Origin: Alphaproteobacteria bacterium
GTDB taxonomy: Bacteria > Pseudomonadota > Alphaproteobacteria > Bin95
Assembly: GCA_964291285.2 (NCBI GenBank)
Contig: OZ219785.1
Coordinates: forward strand, 992,001 to 1,056,000
Direction: 5' to 3'
DNA: 64,000 nucleotides
Part shown: positions 45,286 to 55,414 of the stretch, piece after piece
Layout: each line of letters opens with the position of its first letter
Position numbering within the stretch: the stretch's first letter is position 1
Translations under genes and position numbers: made by a program
The notes under the pieces: model-generated
Told to the model about the DNA's origin: nothing
Database searches by the model: none
Seen by the model: the letters and a program-made list of their open reading frames with translations, nothing else

Positions 45286-47729
45286 ACCGGTCCCGCACAG
45301 CCGGGACCGGCCTGAGAGGCGCGCTTCCGTTTTCAATCACGCTGCTGCTTGTGCCTTTGGTTATAGCCATGGCGCTGGACTTGCTGCCCGACTTCATTCC
45401 ATGGGTCGTTCCATGGATTATCTTGCCGCTTATTCCCTATATCAAAATTGTGGAAACATTATGCAAGAACGATGTCCCGAACCTGGATCGCAACACGCCG
45501 GAGTCCCGGGTATTCTGGCATATGGCCATTCTCGTTTTATGGGCAGTACTTTATCCTCTGTTGGTGATCTTCATACTTTGGGCCGTATGCAACTTACCGA
45601 CCCTGCTGCTCTACGAACGCCTTGTTCTGCTCGTATTTTGCGGAATGCTCGGCAGACTCGTAACCATAACGTCGCATGACCTGATCCACAGGCCGAAACT
45701 ATGGATGCGGCGGCTGGCGGAATTCACGATGGGCGCAATCGCCATGCCGCACATGTACACGGAACATGTTTATATGCATCATCCGAATGTCGCAACGCCG
45801 CGGGACAGGGAGTCCGCGCGACTTGGGCAAAGCTATTACAATTACTTCTTTACCGGACTTCCCTATGTCTATGCGGAGGCGATTCGTGTCCAGCATCGCC
45901 GGTTGGCCCGCCGCGGTCTGTCGTTCTGGCACAAGTCGAATCCGGTCTGGCTATGGGCCGCCATGTGGGCCGCCTGGCCCGCCCTGGCGCTTGCTATCGG
46001 AGGATGGCTGGGGCTCGCCGCCTGGGCGTTTATTGCCTTGTTCGCAGCCTGGGGGATCAGAGCCGTCGATTATATGCAACATTACGGTTTGCAGCGTGTC
46101 CTGAGGCCGAACGGCAAGTACGAACGGATCCAGCCGCATCATTCCTGGAATCATTCCAGTGCTTCGAACTATCTGTATTTCTCCATACAGCGGCACTCGG
46201 ATCATCACGACAAGCCGACCAGGCCGTACCCATTGCTTCACGGCCTCCCCGAAGACAAGGCCCCCAGCCTTCCATCGCATTACGGCTCGATGATGACCTT
46301 GCTTCTCTTTCCATCGGCCTGGTTCCGGAAAATGAACCCGATTGTCGAAGAGTGGCGGCGCAAATTTTATCCCGATATCAAGGATTGGCGGGCGCTCTCC
46401 AGCAAAGCCTACCGCCACCGGCCCGAGTCGCTCCCCTTGATTTCGGAGGTTATTCAGGGCGCGCCATGTCTGGCAAGATATATGGAGGTCTGTTATCCGC
46501 TGATCGACAGCGTTGCCAGCCGACAATTTCAGCAGATTACCGTTCCCGACAATATAGGCATGGAGCCTGACGAGTTGCTCTTTGCCCAGAGGGGGTTGCT
46601 GCGGCTCTATTACGGTCATGAGTTCGGCTGCAGCGAAATGATTGAAGATATGGACCTTTCAGAAACGGATATGGCCGAGGAAGTCGCCGAAAATGCGCAA
46701 ATCTGGTGCAACGACCAGGCCTTCCAGATCGGCGTAAGGATGATGCGGGGACATGTTTTGGGGCAGGACGCCGGCCGGCCGCTCTCCAACATGGCCGACG
46801 CGGCGATAACCCTGCTGGCGCGGGCCGTTCTCGACGAATTCGTTGCCCATCGAGGCCCGGTTCCCGGCTACGGCATCGCCTTTGTGGCCCTTGGCAGGCT
46901 CGGAGAACGCCGGATGACCTTCGAATCGGAAGTCGAGATCATCGCTTTGGCGGATGGCGCATCGGACATCGAAGGCAGCGGATTCGTTCTGGAGGACAGT
47001 GCCGGCGAGTTCTGCAGGAGGTTCAACAAGGTCGCGGCGCAGTGGTCGGCCAACAACATGCTGGTCAAGTCCGTCCATATGCGGGCCCCGGGCAGCGCGG
47101 CCGACAATGTTACCGGTGCGCTGGAGCGCTTTGCGAACGGCGCCGGGAAACCGGATGCGGATTTTCTGCGGGAAGCGGCGTCGGCGAGGATCGTGTGCGT
47201 GGCCGGCGACCGCCCCGACAAGTTCGCCGAACGGTTCGAGGAAGCCAGGCGGTCCCTCCTCCTCCGGCAGGCTCCGCCGGCCGCCGATAGTCTTCACCCC
47301 GTCCCGGACGAGGAAGGCGAGCGGTTGCTCCCGGCGATTCTGGAAGGCCTGGGCGGTCTGGGCGATCTCGAACGGACCGCGCTCGGGTTGCGTCTGCAAT
47401 ATGGCGAGAGCCATCCGGATATGGCAGGTGGGGATGGACCGGCGGCTGTACTGAAGAAAGCCGGAGAGGTCGGAATTCTCGAATCGCAGACTGCGGAGGA
47501 ACTTGCCGGGGCAGCGGGTTTCCTGCTGGGCGTGGAGTGTGTCCTGTCGCTGGTGAACGGCGGACAGGCCGGCGAGGCGCATTGGGAGGATGCGGTCAAG
47601 GCCACCGTGGCCCGGGCCTGCGACGCCCGGGATTTCGAGGAGGTCGTTGCGAAGGCAAAGGACGCGGCCGCCCGCATCGCTGCATATCCGGTTGCGGAAC
47701 AGGAGCCAGGCGACGGCACCGAGCGGTAA
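45282..47729 (+). CDS. AlkB/fatty-acid-desaturase-like diiron membrane enzyme fused to a degenerate GlnE-like nucleotidyltransferase domain
   Basis: His boxes HDLIH, EHVYMHH, DYMQHYG and QRHSDHH. The C-terminal part has LSNMADAAI...FVALGRLGERRMTFESEVEII and GGLGDLE. Start at ATG 45282. Confidence 0.8.
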   Translation: MNRSRTAGTGLRGALPFSITLLLVPLVIAMALDLLPDFIPWVVPWIILPLIPYIKIVETLCKNDVPNLDRNTPESRVFWHMAILVLWAVLYPLLVIFILWAVCNLPTLLLYERLVLLVFCGMLGRLVTITSHDLIHRPKLWMRRLAEFTMGAIAMPHMYTEHVYMHHPNVATPRDRESARLGQSYYNYFFTGLPYVYAEAIRVQHRRLARRGLSFWHKSNPVWLWAAMWAAWPALALAIGGWLGLAAWAFIALFAAWGIRAVDYMQHYGLQRVLRPNGKYERIQPHHSWNHSSASNYLYFSIQRHSDHHDKPTRPYPLLHGLPEDKAPSLPSHYGSMMTLLLFPSAWFRKMNPIVEEWRRKFYPDIKDWRALSSKAYRHRPESLPLISEVIQGAPCLARYMEVCYPLIDSVASRQFQQITVPDNIGMEPDELLFAQRGLLRLYYGHEFGCSEMIEDMDLSETDMAEEVAENAQIWCNDQAFQIGVRMMRGHVLGQDAGRPLSNMADAAITLLARAVLDEFVAHRGPVPGYGIAFVALGRLGERRMTFESEVEIIALADGASDIEGSGFVLEDSAGEFCRRFNKVAAQWSANNMLVKSVHMRAPGSAADNVTGALERFANGAGKPDADFLREAASARIVCVAGDRPDKFAERFEEARRSLLLRQAPPAADSLHPVPDEEGERLLPAILEGLGGLGDLERTALGLRLQYGESHPDMAGGDGPAAVLKKAGEVGILESQTAEELAGAAGFLLGVECVLSLVNGGQAGEAHWEDAVKATVARACDARDFEEVVAKAKDAAARIAAYPVAEQEPGDGTER

Positions 47730-47850
47730 CGGTGAAATGCCCCGCTTGCCTCGACTGCTGTCAGGCTCCGCATCCGTACCCTTCGGGGTCCGGCGCGGTC
47801 AACCCGTTCATGGCGCGGGTCCGGGTCCCAGGCGGCGTGCCGGGCGACGG

Positions 47851-50271
47851 CTACGGCCCCGGCAGGAGCGTCAGCACCCCCGCCGCCTCCTGCAAGGCCT
47901 CGGCGCGGGTTCGGGGAATGCGCATATAGTCGCCGTCCCGCCACCGGCGGGTCGTGTTGTCGTAGCGCCAGGACAGGAAATTGCCGCTGGCGCCGGTTCC
48001 GACGGAGAACACGGAGTTCGAGAGATCGGACAGGTCGTAAACCGCGCGGTAGCCGGAGCCGTGGTTGGCGGCGAAGGGCGCCTCCTTATTGGCGACGTTG
48101 TGCCGCCCGCGATTGACGGTGAAGCCGCCGCCTCCCGTCTCGATGCGGATATCCGCCAACCGCTTCAGGACCGGTATGCGGCCGAGCAGGACATGGCCGA
48201 ATACGGCCCGGTGCGCCTCGCCCCAATGCCAGTCCTCCATGTCGTCTCCGTAGCGGCGCGCCAGATCGTCGAGAGCGCGTGAAAGAGCGGCGGCGACGGT
48301 CTGGCCGCACGTCTCGACGGGCGTCGTCGTCACATCGTCGCACCATGCCCGGCGGTTTTTCAGCATGTGGGCGACAGTGCCCGGCCGGAGGCCGAAAAAG
48401 GGCTGGAAGAGGTCGCCGAGTTCGTCGGCGTAGAGACCGCGGTTCACTTCTGCGAGCCAGGCCGCAAATATCAACGGCGCCGCCGATGCGCGCGCCATAC
48501 GCAGGTCCCAGCCGCGCAGCAGGGACAATGCGCGTTTCCCGTTTTCGTCCATCCCGGCGGGTTCGGCGAGCATCAGAAACAGGGGGACGAGGTCAGCCGC
48601 AGCGCCGGAGAACTCGTCGTGCTGCAGCGCCGTTTCCGTTGCAACCGTGCGCGGAGCGACCTGCTCCATGTGCGCCTTGATCCGGTCCGCCCGGTATGGC
48701 GGCGGCCAGCGGCGGGCGAGGAACCACGGATGGTCGGCAGGGACGATGCGTTGATTGGCATGCACGAGCAGGCCCGACGGCGGGTTGAAGGCGCGCGGAA
48801 GCGCATCGTGCGGCACGAACCCGGTCCAGTCCCCTTCGCCGGTCCAGCCGGCCGAAGGCAGCCAGCCGTCGCCGGCGCTGCGTATCGGAACCCGCCCCGG
48901 CGACAGGAAGCCGATATTCCCATCTATGTCGGCATAGGTGATGCTGACATGAGGAGAATGGAAATTCTCCAGGGCGGACGTGAATCCGGCCCAGTTCTGT
49001 GCCCGGTTCAACCTGAGAAAGGCGAGAATTGTCATGTCATCGTCGCGCAGAAGCGTCGAAGAGAATGCGACGACATGGTCCCGCTTCCCGGGATATTGCC
49101 CATCGAGGGCGGCGAAGTCGGGCGCGAGGTCGGAAACCACCGGGCCGTGGCGCGTTTCCCGGACGACCAGCTCCACGGGTTCCCGCCCCTTCACGGCAAG
49201 GGTTTCGATCCGCTCATCGAATGGCCGTGATCCGCCGGGCGCGTCGTAACGGCCCGGCTCGCCTTCGCTTATGCGCTCTATGAAGAAATCCTGAAAGTCG
49301 CTGCCTGCATTGGTTACGCCCCACGCAATGGCGTCGTTATGGCCCAGAACGAAAACGGGTCCGCCCGGAACCGTTGCGCCTGCCAGGCTAAGGCCCGGCG
49401 CTTCCATGCGCGCGAGATACCAGAGTCCGGGCGCTGTCAGCGCCAGATGGGGATCGCTGGCCAGCATGGGGAGGCCGCTTGCCGTCCTGCTGCCCGCAAC
49501 TGCCCACGCATTGGACGCCTGTGACTCTGATTGCGAGCCGCCGGACATGGCCCTCCACAGGGATTTCCATTGGGCGGCAACGGGCGTGTGTCCCGCAATC
49601 CCGCGACCGGCGCCGGACAAGTCGCCATCGACGTCCTCGGGGAACAGGTCGGAGAGTTGCGCGGGGGACAATCTTGCCGCAAGCGCGCCTCGAAGGGCTT
49701 CACTCTCCCACTCCCAAACCAGGTTGGCCAGTTTGACGCCGCTCCGCGCCAGCGAATCCTTCGGCCGCCACGGTTTCGGTTCGTAGCCGAGCAGGACGAA
49801 TTCGGGCGGCAGCGCGCCGGGCCGCGTTGCCAGCCAGGCGTTGATGCCGGCGGAATAGGCCTTCAGAACCCCGACCGCATCTTCCGGCAGGCGCGAGAGA
49901 ATCCGCTCCGCATTCCGTTCCGTCCCGAGCGTTCGCGCCATGCGGTCTATGGAGAGCGTTCGCTCGCCGACGACTTCGGAAAGCGTTCCGCTGCCAATCC
50001 GGCGCGCGAAGTCCATCTGGAACATCCGGTCGCGCGCATGCACGTATCCAAGAAGGAAATAGGCATCGTCGACCGTCGCCGCCCGGATATGGGGAATGCC
50101 GTTGGCGTCGTAGATCACTTCTCCCCGCTGCTGGAGGCCGGGAAGCCGGATCTCGCCGTCGAGCCGCGGCAGCGATGTGCGCAGCCAGAACCAGCCCGCC
50201 GCGCCTGCAAGGAGGATCGCGGCGGCGAATGCCACCGGCAGAGCGATCCACAGTTTCGTCCTCCGTCTCAT
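47851..50271 (-). CDS. Penicillin acylase family (Ntn) hydrolase
   Basis: GIPHIRA, GYVHARDRMFQMD, nucleophile SNAWAV and LASDPHL motifs. Confidence 0.92.
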   Translation of the reverse strand: MRRRTKLWIALPVAFAAAILLAGAAGWFWLRTSLPRLDGEIRLPGLQQRGEVIYDANGIPHIRAATVDDAYFLLGYVHARDRMFQMDFARRIGSGTLSEVVGERTLSIDRMARTLGTERNAERILSRLPEDAVGVLKAYSAGINAWLATRPGALPPEFVLLGYEPKPWRPKDSLARSGVKLANLVWEWESEALRGALAARLSPAQLSDLFPEDVDGDLSGAGRGIAGHTPVAAQWKSLWRAMSGGSQSESQASNAWAVAGSRTASGLPMLASDPHLALTAPGLWYLARMEAPGLSLAGATVPGGPVFVLGHNDAIAWGVTNAGSDFQDFFIERISEGEPGRYDAPGGSRPFDERIETLAVKGREPVELVVRETRHGPVVSDLAPDFAALDGQYPGKRDHVVAFSSTLLRDDDMTILAFLRLNRAQNWAGFTSALENFHSPHVSITYADIDGNIGFLSPGRVPIRSAGDGWLPSAGWTGEGDWTGFVPHDALPRAFNPPSGLLVHANQRIVPADHPWFLARRWPPPYRADRIKAHMEQVAPRTVATETALQHDEFSGAAADLVPLFLMLAEPAGMDENGKRALSLLRGWDLRMARASAAPLIFAAWLAEVNRGLYADELGDLFQPFFGLRPGTVAHMLKNRRAWCDDVTTTPVETCGQTVAAALSRALDDLARRYGDDMEDWHWGEAHRAVFGHVLLGRIPVLKRLADIRIETGGGGFTVNRGRHNVANKEAPFAANHGSGYRAVYDLSDLSNSVFSVGTGASGNFLSWRYDNTTRRWRDGDYMRIPRTRAEALQEAAGVLTLLPGP

Positions 50272-51665
50272 GCTGCATCCTTCGGCGATGGTTCCGGCGC
50301 CCTCATCTGCGCAACAAGGCGCCAGGCAAGCCCGAGCGAGAGGGAGCCGGCGAGAGCTCTGCCGATCGGCACCGCGCACACCGCCGCCGCCGCGCCAAGC
50401 GCGAGCACGACCGGCTCCCCGTCCGGCATTCCCACGAGCAGCACCAGCGCCAGCAGCGTCAGGACGTTCGCCGTCCAGTCCAGGACCGTCGTCCAGACCG
50501 AACGTCCGAAATGGTAGAATACCGGCCTGCAGAGCGCTGCCATGCTTGCCGGGACGAGCGCGGCGAAACCGTACAGGGCGTAAACATGCACCAGGCCCGA
50601 CGCTCCCGCCGTCAGATCGAACATTCGGGAGATCTGGCCGGAGGTCGACGCGAACAGCGCCCAGACCGCAATGACGTAGCAGATGGAGAACACCGCCGCG
50701 CTGCGAAGGCTGGCGGCGGTCCGGCCGGTGTCGCCGGCACCGTAATTCTGCCCCAGCACCGGGTTGAGCGCGATGGTCAGTCCCATGATCCCGCACCCCG
50801 CGAGCAAGGTGATCCGTGCGAGCAGCGCCCATGCGGCAAGCGCGCTGTCCCCGAACGCCGCGACCCACCAGGTCGCCAGCAGCCAGATTGTGGGCGTCGC
50901 GAGTTCCGACAGGGCGGCCGGCCCCGCGATTGCCAGAACGGGCCCGGCGTCGCGAACCGTCTCGAAAATGTCGGGAAGCTTCAGGAGACGGTATTTGCGG
51001 ATGACGAACCCGACGCCGAGCGCCGCGCTGATCGCGCGGTCCGCCAGCAGCGCCCAGGCGGCTCCCTCCAGGCCCAGACCGGCCCAGAAAATCAGCGCCG
51101 GGCTGACCGCCAGGGCCGCCAGACTGCCCGAAACGGTCACCGCCACGGATCGGCGCACGTCGCCGGCACCGCGCAATATCGCGCCCGTCGCCAGGCTCAC
51201 CGCTGCCAGGGGGACGGAATACAGGGCGATCTCCAGATAGAGGTCCGCAGCGTCGAAGACCGCGCCCGGCTCCACGAAGGAGGCGAGAGCCGCGCCGCGA
51301 AAGACCTGCGCCAATCCGACGGCGGCGCACAGGACGGCCAGGGTGACGACCAGGCATGAGGTCGCCTGCCGCACGGCCAGCGCTTTGTCGCCGGCGCCGA
51401 GCGACTGGCTGACCTGCACGGTCGCCGATGACGCAAAGGCGAGCCCGATGGCAATGACGAAATACTCGATGAATCTCGCGAGCCCGACAGCAGCGATCAA
51501 CCGCTCGTCGCGCAATAGCGAGACATAGAAGAGGGTCACCAGGTCGGCCAGGAAGATGAACAGCAGTGCCGTCGAAGCGGGCCCGGCCATGCGCAGCAGG
51601 TGGCGCCCGACCGGGCCGGTCGTATAGACGCCCTCGGCCGCGCTCCTCGCTCCCGGCTCCGCCAC
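50268..51665 (-). CDS. MATE family transporter
   Basis: Multiple TM segments with VSQSLGAGD, ILRGAGD and GQNYGAG motifs. Start uncertain. Confidence 0.85.
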   Translation of the reverse strand: MAEPGARSAAEGVYTTGPVGRHLLRMAGPASTALLFIFLADLVTLFYVSLLRDERLIAAVGLARFIEYFVIAIGLAFASSATVQVSQSLGAGDKALAVRQATSCLVVTLAVLCAAVGLAQVFRGAALASFVEPGAVFDAADLYLEIALYSVPLAAVSLATGAILRGAGDVRRSVAVTVSGSLAALAVSPALIFWAGLGLEGAAWALLADRAISAALGVGFVIRKYRLLKLPDIFETVRDAGPVLAIAGPAALSELATPTIWLLATWWVAAFGDSALAAWALLARITLLAGCGIMGLTIALNPVLGQNYGAGDTGRTAASLRSAAVFSICYVIAVWALFASTSGQISRMFDLTAGASGLVHVYALYGFAALVPASMAALCRPVFYHFGRSVWTTVLDWTANVLTLLALVLLVGMPDGEPVVLALGAAAAVCAVPIGRALAGSLSLGLAWRLVAQMRAPEPSPKDAA

Positions 51666-51679
51666 CGCTACGCCGCGCT

Positions 51680-52726
51680 CTACACGGCGTAGCCGAGCCG
51701 CTCCAGACCCGGCCGGCAGGCTTCGGTCAATGTCGCCCGTTCTTCCGGATCGAGCCGGCCAAATTTGGACCGGGACGGCCTCGGTATCCCGGCTGCTTCG
51801 TGAATCCAGTCCTCGTTTTCCAAATCTCTGGAAATAAACCGGATTATACGACGCAGCTCCCACTCTGCATTTTGCTGCAAATCGTCAAACCGTACCTCCA
51901 GGACCTGTTCCGACGGCAGGTTCTGGATGAAGTCCTGAGCTGCTCCTACCATCGAGCTCCATATTGCGCCGAAGTGCGCGATCTCCAACCGGTCGGCGGA
52001 CATGGGGATCGGGAACCGGGACAAATACTTCAAAGGTTGCAGGCGCAGCGCCATCGAATCCCAGAATTCGCCATGTTTCGCCTCGACTCTAAAGGGATCG
52101 TATCTTCGCTTCTGGAGGGCAATTATGTAGGGCGCAATTCCTCTGAATGGATGATGTTGAAACATGGAAAGCGCAACATCCCGCCCGTCCCGGTGCATGT
52201 TGATCACCTTGGCTTCCGGAAATCTGTACATGAGCCTCGACGCATACATGGAAGACCCGCCGGAGCGTTCAACCCATACCTTCCGGTCGAATCTGTCACA
52301 CAACCACTCGAAAAGATCACGACAATGTTTTGCAGGAGACTGGCGTGGAAAACTTCGCACGACCGGTTCCATCTCATCGAAGAGTCTTTCGTAGTGATTT
52401 GTCAAGTGAGGAAGCGTCACGCATAGAATGGGAGGGACAGTTTTTCGTCCAAACCGGGAATCGGGATCTTCGAAGGGATACAGCAGTTCTTCGTAGTCTT
52501 TTCTCAGAAGATAACGAACCAATTGCGGTTGATGGGTAAGAACATGCCACATTCCGTTTCCGGTCAGGCGCCATCGGCTGAACAAGGCAGTGCTGTGAAA
52601 TGTAAAAAACTCGGAGATGCTGAGGAGATCCGGATGCAGGTTCAACATGTTGGACAACATCGTCGACCCGCAGCGGCCGGAACTGAGAACGATAACCGGT
52701 GGATAGCGCAGTGCCCGGCCGGTCAT
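51680..52726 (-). CDS. Sulfotransferase (paralog of 44239-45285)
   Basis: SSGRCGSTMLS, KVWVERSGG and HRDGRDVALS motifs. Confidence 0.88.
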   Translation of the reverse strand: MTGRALRYPPVIVLSSGRCGSTMLSNMLNLHPDLLSISEFFTFHSTALFSRWRLTGNGMWHVLTHQPQLVRYLLRKDYEELLYPFEDPDSRFGRKTVPPILCVTLPHLTNHYERLFDEMEPVVRSFPRQSPAKHCRDLFEWLCDRFDRKVWVERSGGSSMYASRLMYRFPEAKVINMHRDGRDVALSMFQHHPFRGIAPYIIALQKRRYDPFRVEAKHGEFWDSMALRLQPLKYLSRFPIPMSADRLEIAHFGAIWSSMVGAAQDFIQNLPSEQVLEVRFDDLQQNAEWELRRIIRFISRDLENEDWIHEAAGIPRPSRSKFGRLDPEERATLTEACRPGLERLGYAV

Positions 52727-52820
52727 CGAACGCCTCCCGGTCGTGTTGCGGCCCTTCGTCCGCCGGGACAGCCGGCGGGCAGGGGAGCGCGTCTGGTAAG
52801 CGGCAGCGGAAATCCCGACA

Positions 52821-53831
52821 TCAATCCAGCAATCGAATTACTGCGTCCGCGGCGAGGTCCACCGTCATCGTCGCCGTATCGATCCGCAGTTCGGGAGCTT
52901 CCGGGGGTTCGTAAGGGGAATCGATCCCGGTGAAGTTCACGAGATCGCCCCTGCGCACCTTGGCGTAGAGGCCCTTCGGGTCGCGTGTCTCGCAGACCGC
53001 AAGCGGCGCGTCCACGAATATCTCCAGGAACTCGCCTTCCTCCATCAGGTCGCGCGCCATGCTGCGTTCGGACCTGAATGGGGAGATGAAGGAAACGATC
53101 ACGATCAGCCCCGCATCGGCCATCAGCTTCGCGACCTCGGCCACGCGGCGGACGTTCTCGACCCGGTCGCGCTCGGTGAAACCGAGGTCCCTGTTGAGCC
53201 CGAGCCGGACATTGTCCCCGTCCAGGAGATATGTGCGCCTGCCGCTTGCATGGAGCTTCTGTTCCACGCGGTCGGCGACAGTCGATTTCCCCGCCCCGGA
53301 CAGGCCGGTCATCCATAACACGCAGGGGCGCTGCCCGAGAGCGTGCGACCTCGCCGCCTTGTCGATCTTCAACTCCTGCCGGACGATATTGGTCGCGCGG
53401 CGGAGCGCGAATTCGATGGCGCCCGTGCCCGCTTCCTCGCCGGTGAGCAGGTCGGCAAGGCTGAACACGCCCGCCCTGCGGTCGGCGGCAAAATCCAACT
53501 CAACAGGCCGGTCGAGCGACAGCTTGCAATAGCCGATCTCTTCGGGACCCAGCGTCCTTGCAGCCATATGCTCCAGCGTATCCGTATCGATCCGGTGAAC
53601 GATCTCGGTGACCTGTGCAACCGCTGAGACATTGGCAAAATGAATGAGATAGCGCCGCTTCGGCAGCAGCGGCTTGCTGGCCGTCCAGATGATATGGGCG
53701 GCATACTGGTCGGCGGTCTCCGGCGCAGGGCCTTCCTCCCCGACCGTCCTGCTGCGACCGATATCGACGGTTTCGAGCAGTTTCGTCAGCTCAGAACCGG
53801 AATGTCCGGGCATGCCGCCGCTGGTCGTCAA
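52821..53831 (-). CDS. cysC: Adenylyl-sulfate kinase with the C-terminal domain of CysN (N-terminally truncated CysNC/NodQ-like)
   Basis: WMTGLSGAGKST, LLDGDNVR, RDPKGLY and FTGIDSPYE motifs, preceded by a CysN domain III-like segment with no GTPase domain. Confidence 0.85.
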   Translation of the reverse strand: MTTSGGMPGHSGSELTKLLETVDIGRSRTVGEEGPAPETADQYAAHIIWTASKPLLPKRRYLIHFANVSAVAQVTEIVHRIDTDTLEHMAARTLGPEEIGYCKLSLDRPVELDFAADRRAGVFSLADLLTGEEAGTGAIEFALRRATNIVRQELKIDKAARSHALGQRPCVLWMTGLSGAGKSTVADRVEQKLHASGRRTYLLDGDNVRLGLNRDLGFTERDRVENVRRVAEVAKLMADAGLIVIVSFISPFRSERSMARDLMEEGEFLEIFVDAPLAVCETRDPKGLYAKVRRGDLVNFTGIDSPYEPPEAPELRIDTATMTVDLAADAVIRLLD

Positions 53832-54399
53832 GACGTTTTACCCACGCGGCACGCAAACCGGAGGCCGCGCCTTCGCGCATCGAACGCGCGAGCGCTTATC
53901 GCCATGGCGTTGCAGCAACGCAGATACGCCAGCCGTCCGTCATGCGATCCGGAAGCGCGGCGTAGGGCATCGTCGACAGGGCGGGGGAAAGACAGCGAAG
54001 TGTTTCTGCAAGAACTGAATACATGCATCGGCCACGAAAACCGCCGGACAGGACTTGCGTTACAGGTGCGCCGATGCACCGGAACTACATCAGAGACAAC
54101 CTCGCTGCTGAACTTCAAGTCCATCGTCGACCCGGCCCGAAAACGCGGAAGTTCTCCCCGATCCAGCGGAGCAGCGCGAACCTGAGGCTGCACAATTTGA
54201 GCTGCCCGCCTCCAATATGTCAACGACAATCGAATTGAGGTTGGTCGATGATTGCGTCCATTGGATGACCGGGTTCGGGCGGAGACAGATGCCATATCAG
54301 GTCCGCCCACCTGCCTTATTCACCGTTTCGAGAAATCCGGCTCATCGGGCCTTCGTTCGAGATTCTCCTCGACTTTCTGCCCGCCAACGACGCAAGGGC

Positions 54400-54745
54400 G
54401 GAAGGTTTCTCCGGCTACACGCTCACCGCGCGGCGCCACGGCAACGGGTTCGCGATCGACGCCCGCTACCCCTTCTGGCCGATCGGTTCGACTGCTTCGT
54501 TCACGATGTCCGCAATCATGGATGGAATCCGGTCGACCAGGGCCCGCTCCGGCACAACCTGCCGTTCTTCGTGAACGACGGCAAGCGTATTGCACGCGAC
54601 ATCGAGAGACGGTTCGGCCCGATGCCGACCATCGGGTGTTCCATTCGCTCTCGACCATCCTGGCGCTGCGTCAGGCGAGCACGAGCGAGTGCTTCGATGC
54701 GCTGGTGCTGTTCGATCCGCCGCTGTGCCCGTCCGGCCCGGCATG
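54400..54745 (+). pseudogene. Frameshifted alpha/beta hydrolase remnant
   Basis: Fragments HGNGFAID, HDVRNHGWNP and VFHSLS...LVLFDPP lie in different frames. Confidence 0.5.
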
Positions 54746-55414
54746 CACGCGGATTCGCGTTTCTTATCCTGGCGCGGGTGCAATGTCCTTCACGCGCCGC
54801 CCGTCTTCGACCCGGCCCGAGCCGGCAAGGGCGCGGTTACCTTCCGCTGTGCCCGGCCAGCGCCGGTTCGATGCTGGCGATGGCGATAACCGCAACGAGC
54901 ATGGCGAGCCACGCAACGGTCGTCAGGTCTTTCCTTGCTTTCATGTTCATCGTCTCCCCCTTCAACGAGGCTCTCTTCGGATGGCGGCAATCTAGCTATA
55001 CCGCCGGGGCAAGTTCCAATGCCGTTTTCCTTCGCAGTCCATAAGAATTTCCTATGAGAGCGGGCCCCGGCAGTCCGGAGCGGCGCGGTTCAGTCTTTGC
55101 GTGTTGTTCGGCGCTCCATGTCGACGCCGATCAGCATCCGCATGCCATCGTTCCCAATTTGGATTCCGAGGGGTCAGGGCCCTGGGCCGGGGCACCACAC
55201 CCGTTGCGCGCGACCCGCGATCTGACGAACGCGGTGCTGTCGGAGATACGCCACAAAAAAGAGCATCGGCTATCTCTCCGCCATAGGCGGCAGCCGCCGC
55301 GCTCTGGTCCCTGCCGCGGAAGTGCTTTCCGGCACGCAGCGTCCGGTTGCGCCTACTGCCCGCAGGCGAACCGGGCTAGGATTGCGCCTGTCTGACCTTA
55401 GCGGGAGAAGCGCG

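Larger units (their letters stand above)
39686..55286. mobile_element. Probable tRNA-Ser-anchored genomic island (no integrase visible)
   Basis: 13-bp direct repeat CTCTCCGCCATAG at 39686-39698 and 55274-55286. Visibly more AT-rich genes inside and decayed fragments at both ends. Confidence 0.65.

Noticed and set aside
53850-55270. Integrase at the right end of the island
   Set aside because: No tyrosine or serine recombinase motifs are recognisable in any frame; only short decayed fragments are present.
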